Virus record (IMG/VR): IMGVR_UViG_3300014206_000007
Coordinates: 96,001 to 160,000 of that record
DNA from: a virus
Taxonomy: Duplodnaviria; Caudoviricetes
Reading direction: 5' to 3' (one strand)
Length of the DNA stretch: 64,000 bases
This document shows positions 29,320 to 40,500 of the stretch, in pieces. Numbering within the stretch: position 1 is the stretch's first letter; every line of letters begins with the position of its first letter. A model generated the notes under the pieces. The model did not search any database. It worked only from the letters and a program-made list of their open reading frames with translations, and was not told where the DNA came from. Both the position numbers and the translations under genes were made by a program.

Positions 29320-31725
29320 TTAATTATCAATATCAGAATACGATATCTTAGTATTATCTAGTAAAGTTCTTCTCTGTTCTCGCATATTGTCACTTTTACC
29401 ATGTAATAAGTCAAACGTTTCCAATGCATGTTTAGCATCTTCGATATTCATTCTAATCAATCTACGAATTTTTGGATTTAGTGTTGTTACGAATAATACT
29501 TCAGTTGCGGCTTCACCAAGTCCTTTAAACCTCTGGTTTATTGTGATATTGAAACTATTATTCATTAATTTTAAGAACTCTCCAATTGTCATTTTATTAA
29601 ACTGGTCATTTTTATCATTCTTATTCTTGCAATATATAAAGAATGATGGATTGTCAGATAATGTTTGCATGAATCGTTGAGCCATTCTCATAAATAGTTT
29701 ATCAGTTATTAGTGATATATATCTACCCTCATATGAACCAGTTAAACTTGACTCATATATGTCATATGTTAATTCGGAAAATGCTTGTTCGATAAATTCT
29801 TTAAATTTATTTTCATCTCCCATTGATTTGAGTTTATAGTAACATACATATTCTAATATTAATGGCTCAGATGCAGATCTTTTTACCAAACTATCTAGTT
29901 CTAATAAATAATCCCCGTTTAATTCTAGCCACATTCTTAATTCCTTTTTCTTCAACATTCGAATTTGTTTATCATCATCAATTCCAACTTCAATGTTATT
30001 TGAAATCATTGTATTAAATAACTCATAATAATCTTTCTTATCAAATAACCATGGGTCACCATTATAATATTTCTTAATGGATTTTGGATCTACTATATAT
30101 AATGGAGGAATTGCTTTAAATAATTTACCCTCATCAATAATTGGTCGTAAGAATAAGAAGAAGAAGCATAATAGTAATGAAGTAATATTACTTCCATCTA
30201 CGTCTGAGTCTGTCATAATTATTATCTTATTCCATTTCAATTTATTAATATCAAAGTCAGGCCCTACACCACAACCCATAATATTTAATAAATCCATAAA
30301 TATTTTCTTAGTTTTTAATTGAGTTAAAGAAAGTCCAAATACATTATCTGAAACACCTGTAAGTGCACATACTGCTTGATAAGTATTATTTCGAGCATTA
30401 TCAATTGCACCATATGCTGAAAGTCCTTCAGTTATTACTAATTCTTTATATCCTTGATAATTTCTATCTGCAATATTTGAAAATTTTAATCCAATTTCAG
30501 AGTCATCGAGGAATGTTGAATTCTTTTTATTTTTTATTCCTTTAATCTTATGAGTTTCCATTCTTGCTTTAGCAATCATTCTTAAATACGATATGATTTT
30601 TCTTAGCATCATATTATTAGAAGAGAAATATTTATATAATGAAGAAGTTAATCCTCTTTTTCCTTGCTGAAGAACATCTGAGTTATTAACTCGTGTTTTA
30701 TGCTGTCCTTCAAATCCTGGATTAAGATGTCTACAATTAACTGCCATTATCAATCCCTTTTTACAATCTTCATAAGTTACTTCAAATTTACTTTCTGGGT
30801 CTAATTTCTTTGCTTCTCTTGAGAAGAAGTCACATATTGCTTTTTGTGCAGCTAATTCATGAGTTCCTCCCTCTGTAGTATAAATATAATTGCAATATGA
30901 ATTAACTAACATATCATCCAATGTTTTATCATATGAGAATGATACTAATAAATCAAAATCTTCACATTCATAACTAATATCAAGTGGATTAAATTCTAGT
31001 GTTGATGATAAATAATCAACATTTGCTGCTAATCCTTGATATTTATAATCTCTTTTTATAGTTTTATCATCACTGGTATTTCCATAAAATGAGATTTTAA
31101 TATCATCAGGTAATACATATGACATTCTTCGCAAATAGTCTTCGACTAAATCGGTAGTCACATTCATCTCACCCAAATATTTTTCAGATGGAATAAACTT
31201 AACACATAATCCATTCTGCGGCTTCTTTAATGATAAAACTTTTCCTTCTTTTACATCTCCTTCAATAAATTCGATATATTTATATTTATCTCCTCTATAT
31301 GAAGTTATTGACATATAGTCACTTAATGCTACTGTAACTACTAAGCCAACCCCATTTCTACCTGCTTGACCTTTCATCCAAGGCTCGGATCGTACAAATT
31401 TTGTAGATGTATGCTTTTTAGTACTTACTGATATAAGCTCTTCAAAGGGTATTCCACGACCTTCATCAGTTACTGTAAATTCACATTTTTTCTCATCAAA
31501 AGTAATATATATTTTATTTGATGGAGAATGAGGATTAACACACTCATCAAGTGCATTATTGAATATTTCTTTCCATAAATGTAAAGCTCCTTCAGTATTT
31601 GCTTTACTAATATACATCCCGATACATGTTCTTATTTGGTCAAATTCATTAGCTAATGCCATGTATGTATCGTCAGAGTATACATTGTTATTAATTACGA
31701 TTTCATTCTTACTTTTTTCTGCCAT
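29320..31725 (-). CDS. gyrB: Type IIA topoisomerase subunit B (GyrB/ParE-like)
   Basis: GMYI, EIFNNALDE, GRGIP, GRNGVG, EGGTH, TEGLSA, TDSDVDG, RFKGLGE. Confidence 0.92.
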   Translation of the reverse strand: MAEKSKNEIVINNNVYSDDTYMALANEFDQIRTCIGMYISKANTEGALHLWKEIFNNALDECVNPHSPSNKIYITFDEKKCEFTVTDEGRGIPFEELISVSTKKHTSTKFVRSEPWMKGQAGRNGVGLVVTVALSDYMSITSYRGDKYKYIEFIEGDVKEGKVLSLKKPQNGLCVKFIPSEKYLGEMNVTTDLVEDYLRRMSYVLPDDIKISFYGNTSDDKTIKRDYKYQGLAANVDYLSSTLEFNPLDISYECEDFDLLVSFSYDKTLDDMLVNSYCNYIYTTEGGTHELAAQKAICDFFSREAKKLDPESKFEVTYEDCKKGLIMAVNCRHLNPGFEGQHKTRVNNSDVLQQGKRGLTSSLYKYFSSNNMMLRKIISYLRMIAKARMETHKIKGIKNKKNSTFLDDSEIGLKFSNIADRNYQGYKELVITEGLSAYGAIDNARNNTYQAVCALTGVSDNVFGLSLTQLKTKKIFMDLLNIMGCGVGPDFDINKLKWNKIIIMTDSDVDGSNITSLLLCFFFLFLRPIIDEGKLFKAIPPLYIVDPKSIKKYYNGDPWLFDKKDYYELFNTMISNNIEVGIDDDKQIRMLKKKELRMWLELNGDYLLELDSLVKRSASEPLILEYVCYYKLKSMGDENKFKEFIEQAFSELTYDIYESSLTGSYEGRYISLITDKLFMRMAQRFMQTLSDNPSFFIYCKNKNDKNDQFNKMTIGEFLKLMNNSFNITINQRFKGLGEAATEVLFVTTLNPKIRRLIRMNIEDAKHALETFDLLHGKSDNMREQRRTLLDNTKISYSDIDN

Positions 31726-31938
31726 TATTTCATTCCTTTCTTTTAAAAATATTTTTAAAATACCCTATTTAAATTGTTATACGTATCTTTATTCTTACAT
31801 AAAAATAATATATCATTCTTTTTACAGATAAAAAAATAGAATACTTTTCGTATTCTATTCTTTATCGTTTAATTATTATATAGATATCTCTATAATACTT
31901 TTATGTTGCGATCCCGGGTTTATAATAGCTTTAAAATT

Positions 31939-32391
31939 TTATAATGAGTTAGGTCTATTCCAACCGCCTGCATATTCTCTTTCTGGTTTCTCTTCTCTGT
32001 TACCACGGTTATTTTTCTTCAATGCCGCCTGATAGAATCCAACTAATTCATTTCTCAAACGATACTGTATTTTTGCTAAACGCTCTACAGTTTTTTCATC
32101 ATCTTCTCTATTTGGATCTGATGATATTTTAATTGTGTCAATTACGCTATCGATTACATCAATTGCGTGCTGAATCTCATCTTCATCTCTTCTAATAATG
32201 CTGATTGTTTTCTGGCATTGTCTGCAGATGTATTTTGGAGCTTCTCCCGGTTCAGTTTTTATTCTTACTAAATCTACTTCTCCATTTTTCTTAGTATGAA
32301 AGCATTGTGATTTCAAGCTTTCTCTTAATTTGGTTAGGTCTCTCTCTTGTTTTGAAACCTGTTCAACTTCTTTTTTAATACTATTGCCCAT
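31939..32391 (-). CDS. Hypothetical protein with putative Zn site
   Basis: CFH...CRQC; strong RBS; early promoter 32489-32498. Confidence 0.7.
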   Translation of the reverse strand: MGNSIKKEVEQVSKQERDLTKLRESLKSQCFHTKKNGEVDLVRIKTEPGEAPKYICRQCQKTISIIRRDEDEIQHAIDVIDSVIDTIKISSDPNREDDEKTVERLAKIQYRLRNELVGFYQAALKKNNRGNREEKPEREYAGGWNRPNSL

Positions 32392-32510
32392 TATGTTTCC
32401 TCCTTAAAATTCTTATTATTCTAATTAAGAATAAAGTTCTAGTAATTATAAAATTATATACGAGAAATTATTCCTTAAATACTTAATAATAATATATTGT
32501 TATATTTTTA

Positions 32511-32801
32511 TTATTCTTCTAGAAATGTAATCTTCTTTTTATGTTGCTGTGCATATATGAGTTCATCAATTGAATCACTTCCGAAATATTTATCTACATT
32601 TATAAAATGTACTTCATCTGCCATATCAATTTTTTGCTTATGTATTTTCATTAAAAGATCTTTGTCGATTAATTCTTCATCAGTATTTTCAAAAAATATT
32701 GGCATTAAAACTAAGTTACCTTCCAATGATAGTTTCTCATAAATCTCTTGAAATTTATCCTTAAATTTAATACTTCCACATAATACAATGATTTTAAACA
32801 T
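32511..32801 (-). CDS. Small nucleoside deoxyribosyltransferase-like (DUF4406-like) protein
   Basis: VLCGSxKF, HKQKIDMADEV, YFGSDSIDELxYA. Confidence 0.6.
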   Translation of the reverse strand: MFKIIVLCGSIKFKDKFQEIYEKLSLEGNLVLMPIFFENTDEELIDKDLLMKIHKQKIDMADEVHFINVDKYFGSDSIDELIYAQQHKKKITFLEE

Positions 32802-32862
32802 ATCTCATCCTCCTTTTTTATTACTTAAATAATATATATTCAATTTATAAAGACAAAATAAA

Positions 32863-32904
32863 AATTAAAGATAAATATAAGAATTCTTATATTTATCTTT
32901 AATT
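32863..32904. repeat. Perfect 42-bp palindrome (terminator/cruciform)
   Basis: aattaaagataaatataagaa|ttcttatatttatctttaatt. Confidence 0.8.
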
Positions 32905-32908
32905 ATCA

Positions 32909-33295
32909 TTATAAAAACAACATTGGATCTGGTCCATATTTCGTAAACCCATCATTCATCATTCCTATTGATTGAAGACAGTCAGTTCTATATAAAGTGA
33001 AATATTCTATTTCTTTTTGATTACTTCTCTTTTTATTATTAACTTTAACAAAATCAACATTTCCAATAGTAATTAAACTTATATCTGTTATTTTTGGGCT
33101 AGCTTGATATCCTACGAAAATATGTTTATTATTATCAAATACTAATATAAATATATTCGATCGATATAATTCGATTATTCCATTTAATTTTTCGTTTGTC
33201 ATAGATCCATCTGTATATACTACTGTATTATAAGTAGATGTCTCATCATTATAACTCGTATTTTCATTATAATTTTTAGTAATAATTTCACTCAT
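32909..33295 (-). CDS. Hypothetical protein; tandem paralog of 33310..33603
   Basis: Shared KVNNKKRSNQKEIEYFTLY; extra N-terminal YNENTSYNDETSTYN segment. Confidence 0.75.
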   Translation of the reverse strand: MSEIITKNYNENTSYNDETSTYNTVVYTDGSMTNEKLNGIIELYRSNIFILVFDNNKHIFVGYQASPKITDISLITIGNVDFVKVNNKKRSNQKEIEYFTLYRTDCLQSIGMMNDGFTKYGPDPMLFL

Positions 33296-33309
33296 AATAG
33301 CATCTCCTT

Positions 33310-33603
33310 TTATATAAATAATAATGGATCTACACCATAATGTTCAAAGCCATCTTCCATTATTCCAATAGATTGAATACAATCAGTGAGATATAAAGTG
33401 AAGTATTCTATTTCTTTTTGATTACTTCTCTTTTTATTGTTAACCTTAATGAAGTCAGCCCCTGCAATTGTTACTAAACTAATATCTGTCATTTTGGGTG
33501 AACTATTATATCCAATCAAAATTTTCTTATTATTGTCCAATATAATTGCAAAAATGCGGCTACCATACATAGTAATCAATTCTTGTAAATCTACATTGTT
33601 CAT
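33310..33603 (-). CDS. Hypothetical protein; tandem paralog of 32909..33295
   Basis: High similarity to its neighbour. Confidence 0.75.
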   Translation of the reverse strand: MNNVDLQELITMYGSRIFAIILDNNKKILIGYNSSPKMTDISLVTIAGADFIKVNNKKRSNQKEIEYFTLYLTDCIQSIGIMEDGFEHYGVDPLLFI

Positions 33604-33624
33604 TTATAGTCTCTCCTTTTCTTT

Positions 33625-34092
33625 TTAATAGATTGCTTTGTAAATCTTATTCATCAAGTCTCTTTCAATTGCTTGATGTGCTTGAATTGCCTTTGATATA
33701 TTATCGTCCTTTGATGTCTCTTTTATGGCCTCTCCTATTGTTACTACAAGGCCACTAAGTGACTGTGAATATTTCATATTAATAGAACTAATATCAACTA
33801 ATTGGCTTAAACTCTTCTCTATTTTGCCCATATCAATTGTCTCCTCTATTTTTTCTACTTGCGTTTTTAAGTTTTCCATATCTTGCTTAATTGATTGAAT
33901 ACTTTCATCTCGCTTCTTCTCATTATTTGCCCTCTCTTCAGCGATTTTAGCATCATATTTTTTTTGGAGCTCATTATTTGCTTTATCTTCTTTCTGCCTT
34001 TTACTCGCTCTAAACGAGATAATTGCAAGAATTATTGGAGTTAGTATTTGTATAAAAGTCATAAAATAATTAAATATAAGATCAAATTTCAT
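33625..34092 (-). CDS. Membrane-anchored coiled-coil protein (possible lysis accessory)
   Basis: N-terminal TM helix then coiled coil; late promoter 34132-34143; next to the holin. Confidence 0.6.
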   Translation of the reverse strand: MKFDLIFNYFMTFIQILTPIILAIISFRASKRQKEDKANNELQKKYDAKIAEERANNEKKRDESIQSIKQDMENLKTQVEKIEETIDMGKIEKSLSQLVDISSINMKYSQSLSGLVVTIGEAIKETSKDDNISKAIQAHQAIERDLMNKIYKAIY

Positions 34093-34164
34093 ACCATAGG
34101 TAACCTCCGTTTCATATAATTATATAATCTTTATATGAATGTTCATTTTAAACTCATTTAATAT

Positions 34165-34207
34165 ATAAAAGTCAAGATAGGATTTTTCTTCCTATCTTGA
34201 CTTTTAT
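34165..34207. terminator. Intrinsic terminator after holin
   Basis: 18-bp stem, 7-nt loop. Confidence 0.7.
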
Positions 34208-34213
34208 TTTTGT

Positions 34214-34516
34214 TTATTCTTTTAGTTTTTCTGCTTGTTTAAGCAACTGATCAACATAAACAGATGCTCCGGCACATAGAACGCCTTGAGTTATTGCTAC
34301 AAATATAGCAAGGAAAATTTCTTGAGTATTTACTATGGAAGTTGTTGCAAATACATATACTGCTGCTACTACAATTCCAAGCACACCTAGTATTATTGGG
34401 ATGTATTCATCCTTTATTGATTGCAAAGCTTTAAGCCAGTTACCAATAAAATATAATACTATTGCTACTACGATTAGTTCTGGTTTTAAAAATTCGTTTA
34501 GTAAAGTAAAGTCCAT
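34214..34516 (-). CDS. Phage holin (Hol44/Clostridia type)
   Basis: KPELIVVAIVLYFIG..LK, DEYIP, AITQGVLCAG, QLLKQ; three TM helices; late promoter 34544-34555. Confidence 0.85.
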   Translation of the reverse strand: MDFTLLNEFLKPELIVVAIVLYFIGNWLKALQSIKDEYIPIILGVLGIVVAAVYVFATTSIVNTQEIFLAIFVAITQGVLCAGASVYVDQLLKQAEKLKE

Positions 34517-34563
34517 AACGTAAATTCCTCCTTTTAAAATAATTACCTTAATGTTTATTGGCT

Positions 34564-37500
34564 CTAAATTAATTCCAATGCATTTTCACTATTTACTAAT
34601 ACAGTATTTAATGAACTTTCATCAGCAATAAATTTTTCGCTAATTTTAGTAATTAATGTATTAAAGTCCTCAGTAACATCAGCAACTTGAATTGGAACGC
34701 CTCCGAGAGCTAATATTTTGCCATTTCCTTCAACAACACTATCTATCTCCATTGTCTTAACTGGAAGAGTCTTCCAAGTAACTCCATCTATCGATATTAA
34801 TAATTCATCTTGACCAATTGGTCCCATAAATCTACCATTTGCTCGAATAAAAGGCTTAGGATAACCTTGCGTTGGACACAGTTCTTCCTTCCAATTAACA
34901 CCATCGGCAGATATTAGTACTTTACCAGTATATTCAGTAAGTGCAAATAAACCATCTCCATATGCAATAGTCATGAATCCTCCGCCCTCTTTAATAAATG
35001 CCTTTGTCCATGTAATCCCATCTAATGATTTATAAACCTTACCACCATATGGCCAAGTAATATCATCCAACGAACCCTCGGCTACTGCAAGGAACATACC
35101 ATTTCCATATTTTATATCATATATATAATCATCAAGCGCTTCCTCTGTTACGCCTAATCCAGTTTCAACCCATGTTGCACCGTTATCTGTAGATGAGTAT
35201 ATATATTCACCTACTATTACAAAGACCCCAGCTGCAAATGTTGTTGCCCAAAATCTTCTTGAAGTATCTGCGAGAGATTTATCAATCCATGTTACGCAAT
35301 TATCCGTAGATATAAATATTTTTCCACTAGTTCCAGTTACAACATAAACTCCGTTTCCATATGATATATCATATAATGACCCAGCAATTGTAATTGGATG
35401 TGTTTCCCATGTAATACCATCTGCTGATAAATGCACAACTCCATTAGCTGGATATGCACTAGTAAGTATAGTAAATTTACCATTTAGAAATTTTGCTGAG
35501 GTTATATAAGCCGAAGTTTCTAACCCAACTGTTGGATATGGTGGAGTTACTATACCAATACTATCCTTTTCAATTAAATCAATAATATTTTCTGAATCGC
35601 TAATTGTATTATATATTTTACTTACTAATTCATTAGCTCCGCCGTCATTAATATAAAAATGTATTATATACAGTCCATATGAATCGACTATATTATAAAT
35701 CCCATCATGATATGTTAAAAAATATGCATCTCCATCCCTAGTTTCAAACGAATAATGTTTCCAATTGTCTCCATCGCTTGATACACTAATTACTATTTCA
35801 AGATTTTCCAAGCATGAACTCACAAGAACAAATCGCCCATCCGCATATATTGGATCTCGTGTATATAATTCTTTTTCAGTAGCCACTCGTCTTTCAGTCC
35901 ATGTAATTCCATCGGTGGATGTTATTAAATGTAAATAATAAGTATTTGTGCTGTCATTTTCTATTTTAACAATCATCCATTTTCCATTCCCATATGTCAC
36001 ACCCATCATCCATCCAGCAATTATTTCTATATCAGTGATAACAGTAATATTTGCTGTTCGATCAGTCCAAGTTACTCCATCTGGAGATGTGATAAGCGTA
36101 TCATTATTGTCACCTAGAGCTACATATAATCCATTACCATATCCGATATACCAATAATCATCAACTACAGGAGCGATGTGCAATGTCCATGTTATTCCAT
36201 CAGGAGATGTCCATATAGAAGAGGCATCAGCAACCATTACGAATTGCCCATTATCGTAAATTATATCTCTTAAACTTTCTCCAAAATAATAATTTGGAAC
36301 TTCCCATGTTTTTCCATCATCAAATGATATCATCATAAATCTATTCAGAGTAAGGAAAATTTTTATAGTTCCATTTGTAACCCAACGTTGATATGGAACA
36401 TCTACACTCATTCCATATATCCATTTATCTCCTAAATATGATGCAATAGTCAGTCCTGAGCCATAAGTTACAAAAACTCCATTACCATAAACTGGTCCTT
36501 GACGATCGGAAATAATGTAAAAATTGGTTTCGGATGTCCTTATTGTTTTTTTCCACGTAATCCCATCTGAAGATGTCAATATAACATTAGTACCACTAAT
36601 TAAAAAGATATTATTATCATAAATTATATCATATAAAACATCAGTACAACCATCTGAATCTCTAACTGTCCATGTAATTCCATCTGGAGATGATATGATT
36701 TTACCACCATCACCAATTGCCACAAATAAATTATTTGCATATATTACACTTCGTAAATAAGTCGATGTAATAGTTTGTTGACTCCATGTAATTCCATCAA
36801 TAGACCTCGATACAACATTCGAACCAACTGTCACAAATAAATTATTTTCATAAATTATATCAAATAAACTAGCTGATGTAAATGTTGCCCATGTAATACA
36901 ATCCGATGAATAATAAATTGGTTTCTCACTTGATATTGCGAAAAATATACCATTTAGAAATTTTATTTTTATAAAATCGACTGTTATTGGAGCAGTACTG
37001 TTTCGTATAGTCCATGCAACTAAATCTGGTGAAGTGAAAATACTTCCATCATCTCCGCAAACTACATATAGATTATTTCCATATACAATTCCAGTTAATT
37101 GGGTAGATGATCCAATAGTTGCTTTTAAAGTCCAATTAATTAAATCTGGAGAAGTCAGAATTCTTTTAGTACTATCTAATATTATATATAATCCATCAAC
37201 ATAAATTATTTCTTTTGGAAATACATCTAAATCATAATAATGATCACTATCGAGCATATTCCAATTAAATCCATCAGTCGATACATAGATTGACCCATAT
37301 CCAAAAATTATAAATTTTCCATTAAAATACTTAATTTTTATAAAACTATATGAACCTTCTATTGCTTTATAAGCTGTAAACCCATCTACAGTAAGCATTT
37401 GATCATATTCAATTATTTTACTGTCAGTTGTATTTTTAATTGGTAATTCAATATTATTTATATTATTTTCAGTTTCAGTTTTTGTATATAAATCAGTTAT

Positions 37501-40500
37501 TCCATATCCAGCTATAGAGGTTGGATGACCAACTACCCCACTAAAATCAACTTCAGTTGCTTCTGGGTTTTCAGAGAATTTCCTATATCCGGCTTCAATT
37601 GATAGTTTAGTATCATCAATTACTCTATACCACTCATTAACAACTGGGTCAGCCGAGTACACATGAACTGAATCACCATTTTGCACTTGAGTTTTAGTTA
37701 AAGCTAATCTAGCAGCATTTGATACTACTGTATGTACTCTATCAAATACTTCTGCAGGTAATCTAGCAATATCAATAATACCGGAAGTTACATCCGCTGT
37801 ATCTAATTGAACGTTACCATCTTTAATATGTTGATGAGTTAATGCAGCTTTAGCATTCCAGTATGTTTTAATATCCTGATTTGATGTGGATACTAATATA
37901 CTATTATACATTAATACAAGTAGCATATCATTTTCTTTTATAATTGAATAAGGAAGAGTAGCACTTGGCAATTTAGTTAATTCCCAGGTAATCCCATCTA
38001 CGGATGTTGCTAAAATTCCTGACTCTAATTCCCAATCATCACTATATGCTTCAAATACTGCATAAAATTTATCATTAAAATAAATATCATGGCCATATAA
38101 TCTTGGCCAATCAGTAAATGTTATAGGTATTGTCTGCCATGCAATAAGATCGGTTGATACCGAAATATTATTTTCTTTTATCAAAACATACTTTCCATTT
38201 CCATATGCTACGGCATTTATTAAAATTGGTGACTGCGATACTATAGTATTCCAATTAATTCCATCAACTGATGTATATGACTTATTGGTCACTGAGTCCA
38301 TAACCGTAAACATACCATTTGCAAATATCATTTCACCGATATAAGCTAGAGTAATTGCAGTTATTTTAGTCCATGTGATTTTATCAGATGAAATATACAT
38401 ATTATTATATCCACCAGCTAAATAAATTCCATTCCCATATAAAATATGTGATAAAGATTCGGGTACTCCAATATAATTTTGAGTCCACGTAATTGCATCT
38501 GTCGAAGATATTACTAGACCATTATTGCCAACTGCCACAAACATTCCATTTGCAAATATAATTTCGGCCATGCCAGTTCCTGCTCCAGTAACATGTGATG
38601 TCCATGTATGCCCATCTACTGATCGTATTATATCTTGAGGAGAGAAGACTCCAGCATATATACCATTACCATAGCAAATATCCCAAATGGTGGTTTGCCC
38701 AGCGGCAAGTGCCACTGTTTCCCATAATTCACCTGCGTTAGTTACTGAATGAACTACTGAATTAGCTTTATGAAGTTCAACATTATTGTTTAGAGCAGCT
38801 ATACCATCAGATAATCCAGTTAAGTTTAATCCATCAATTTTGCCATCAGTATAAGTTTTATTATCCGATTTCATAATATCGGTCTTTTGAGTAAGTTCAG
38901 TAGTACTCAATTTACCATTAAATGCCGTCTTTTCCTCAGCTGTTAAATGCGCCACTGTATTTATATTATGCACATTAAAAATGTCATTATAATTACTTCC
39001 AGTTACATTAAATAAATAAAACCCAGTAGCATCTTTATAAAGAAAATATATTACATTATTGATAAAAAATACTGATTCAGGAACTAACCCTGTTAATTCG
39101 AGTTCGATTATTTTTAATGTATCTAGATTATTCGATGTAAAATATCTTAATTGCCCATTAGCTGTTATATCATAAAATAATCCAGTAGTGTATTTAGTGA
39201 ATTTTTCTACTAAATTAATATCAGATAGTTGCCACACTTCCCCATCATTACTAGAAATAGTATAACCAGGATTTTCCTCAGTGTACGTAAAAAATGTATC
39301 GTTTCCAAATAATAAAAACTTCCATTTTCCTGTATATGGAAAAGTTTTTATAGACCAATCTTTTAAATTTCCTGATTTATAATAATATGAAGAACCCTCA
39401 CTATTATATCCAGTTAAATAATAATATCCTTTTGCATATATTAAATCATTAATAGCAAAATATAATATTGAGTCATTATATGATGTACTTGCTAATGTTG
39501 ATTCTTTAGTATTATATATTACACCACCCTCAGCATCAGTTGCATTATATACTATCACATTATTATTAAATGCAACTGGGTCTACATCTTCAAATATTAA
39601 ATTAAAAGTGTCAAAAACTTTAAAATCGTTAGTCTTAATTAATTTTATTGGAACTCCTGTATCATTAGCACTTATAAAAAATACCTCGTTATTAATACTT
39701 TTACTAAATATTATATTCGGCAAATCAGTTACTTCATCCCATGATAGATCTGACTCATCCAATTTATATACCTTATTACTACTTATAATAATAAGTTTGC
39801 CGTCCATATAATCCGGATTTTCTGAACTATATAAAAATTTCGAATACTCAGTAACTGGAAATGATAGATCTTGAGATAAATTCCATTGTTTTGTATTATC
39901 TGATAAATAGGTTATATTTTTACTCATCAATCTCAATGAAAATCCATCATTTCTTCTACCTAATACATAACATTTTCCCTTTCCCAATGCAATAGATGCT
40001 GTCGTTATTTCTAATTCAGTAAATATTTTAGTAGTTGTATTAATAACCGCATTAGCGACTGCATCACTACTAATCATAATAGTATCTTTATTTAATTCAC
40101 TTTTTAAATATTCCATTATATCAATTCGGCGATTATTAACATCATATACTGTTGAATCCATATAATTACTAGAATGGACCGGTACCCAATTAGTACCGTC
40201 ATATTTTACTAATAATGACTCAATATCGTCTTTCAGCCATAATGTATTTGTAGTAGGATATGGAGGAGCCGTTGCTCCTTTATAAATAGTTACACCATCA
40301 TTAAAGAAATTCCATTCTCCATCAAATAAATTGGTTGATGTATTAAAATTACGCTGATATGTATCAGAGCCAACTATTATCATTTGTACTAAATCACTAT
40401 TAATCGTTGTAACCTTTAATGTTACTGGACTAATAATCTTATTATCAATACCATTTATATAGTGGTGAACTATATAATTTCCAGGTGTAATTATTGTATT

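Noticed and set aside
11653-31725. Introns or inteins in RNAP, recA or topoisomerase genes (common in AR9-like phages)
   Set aside because: The ORFs are continuous, of plausible size, and show no C...HN intein ends or homing endonuclease motifs.
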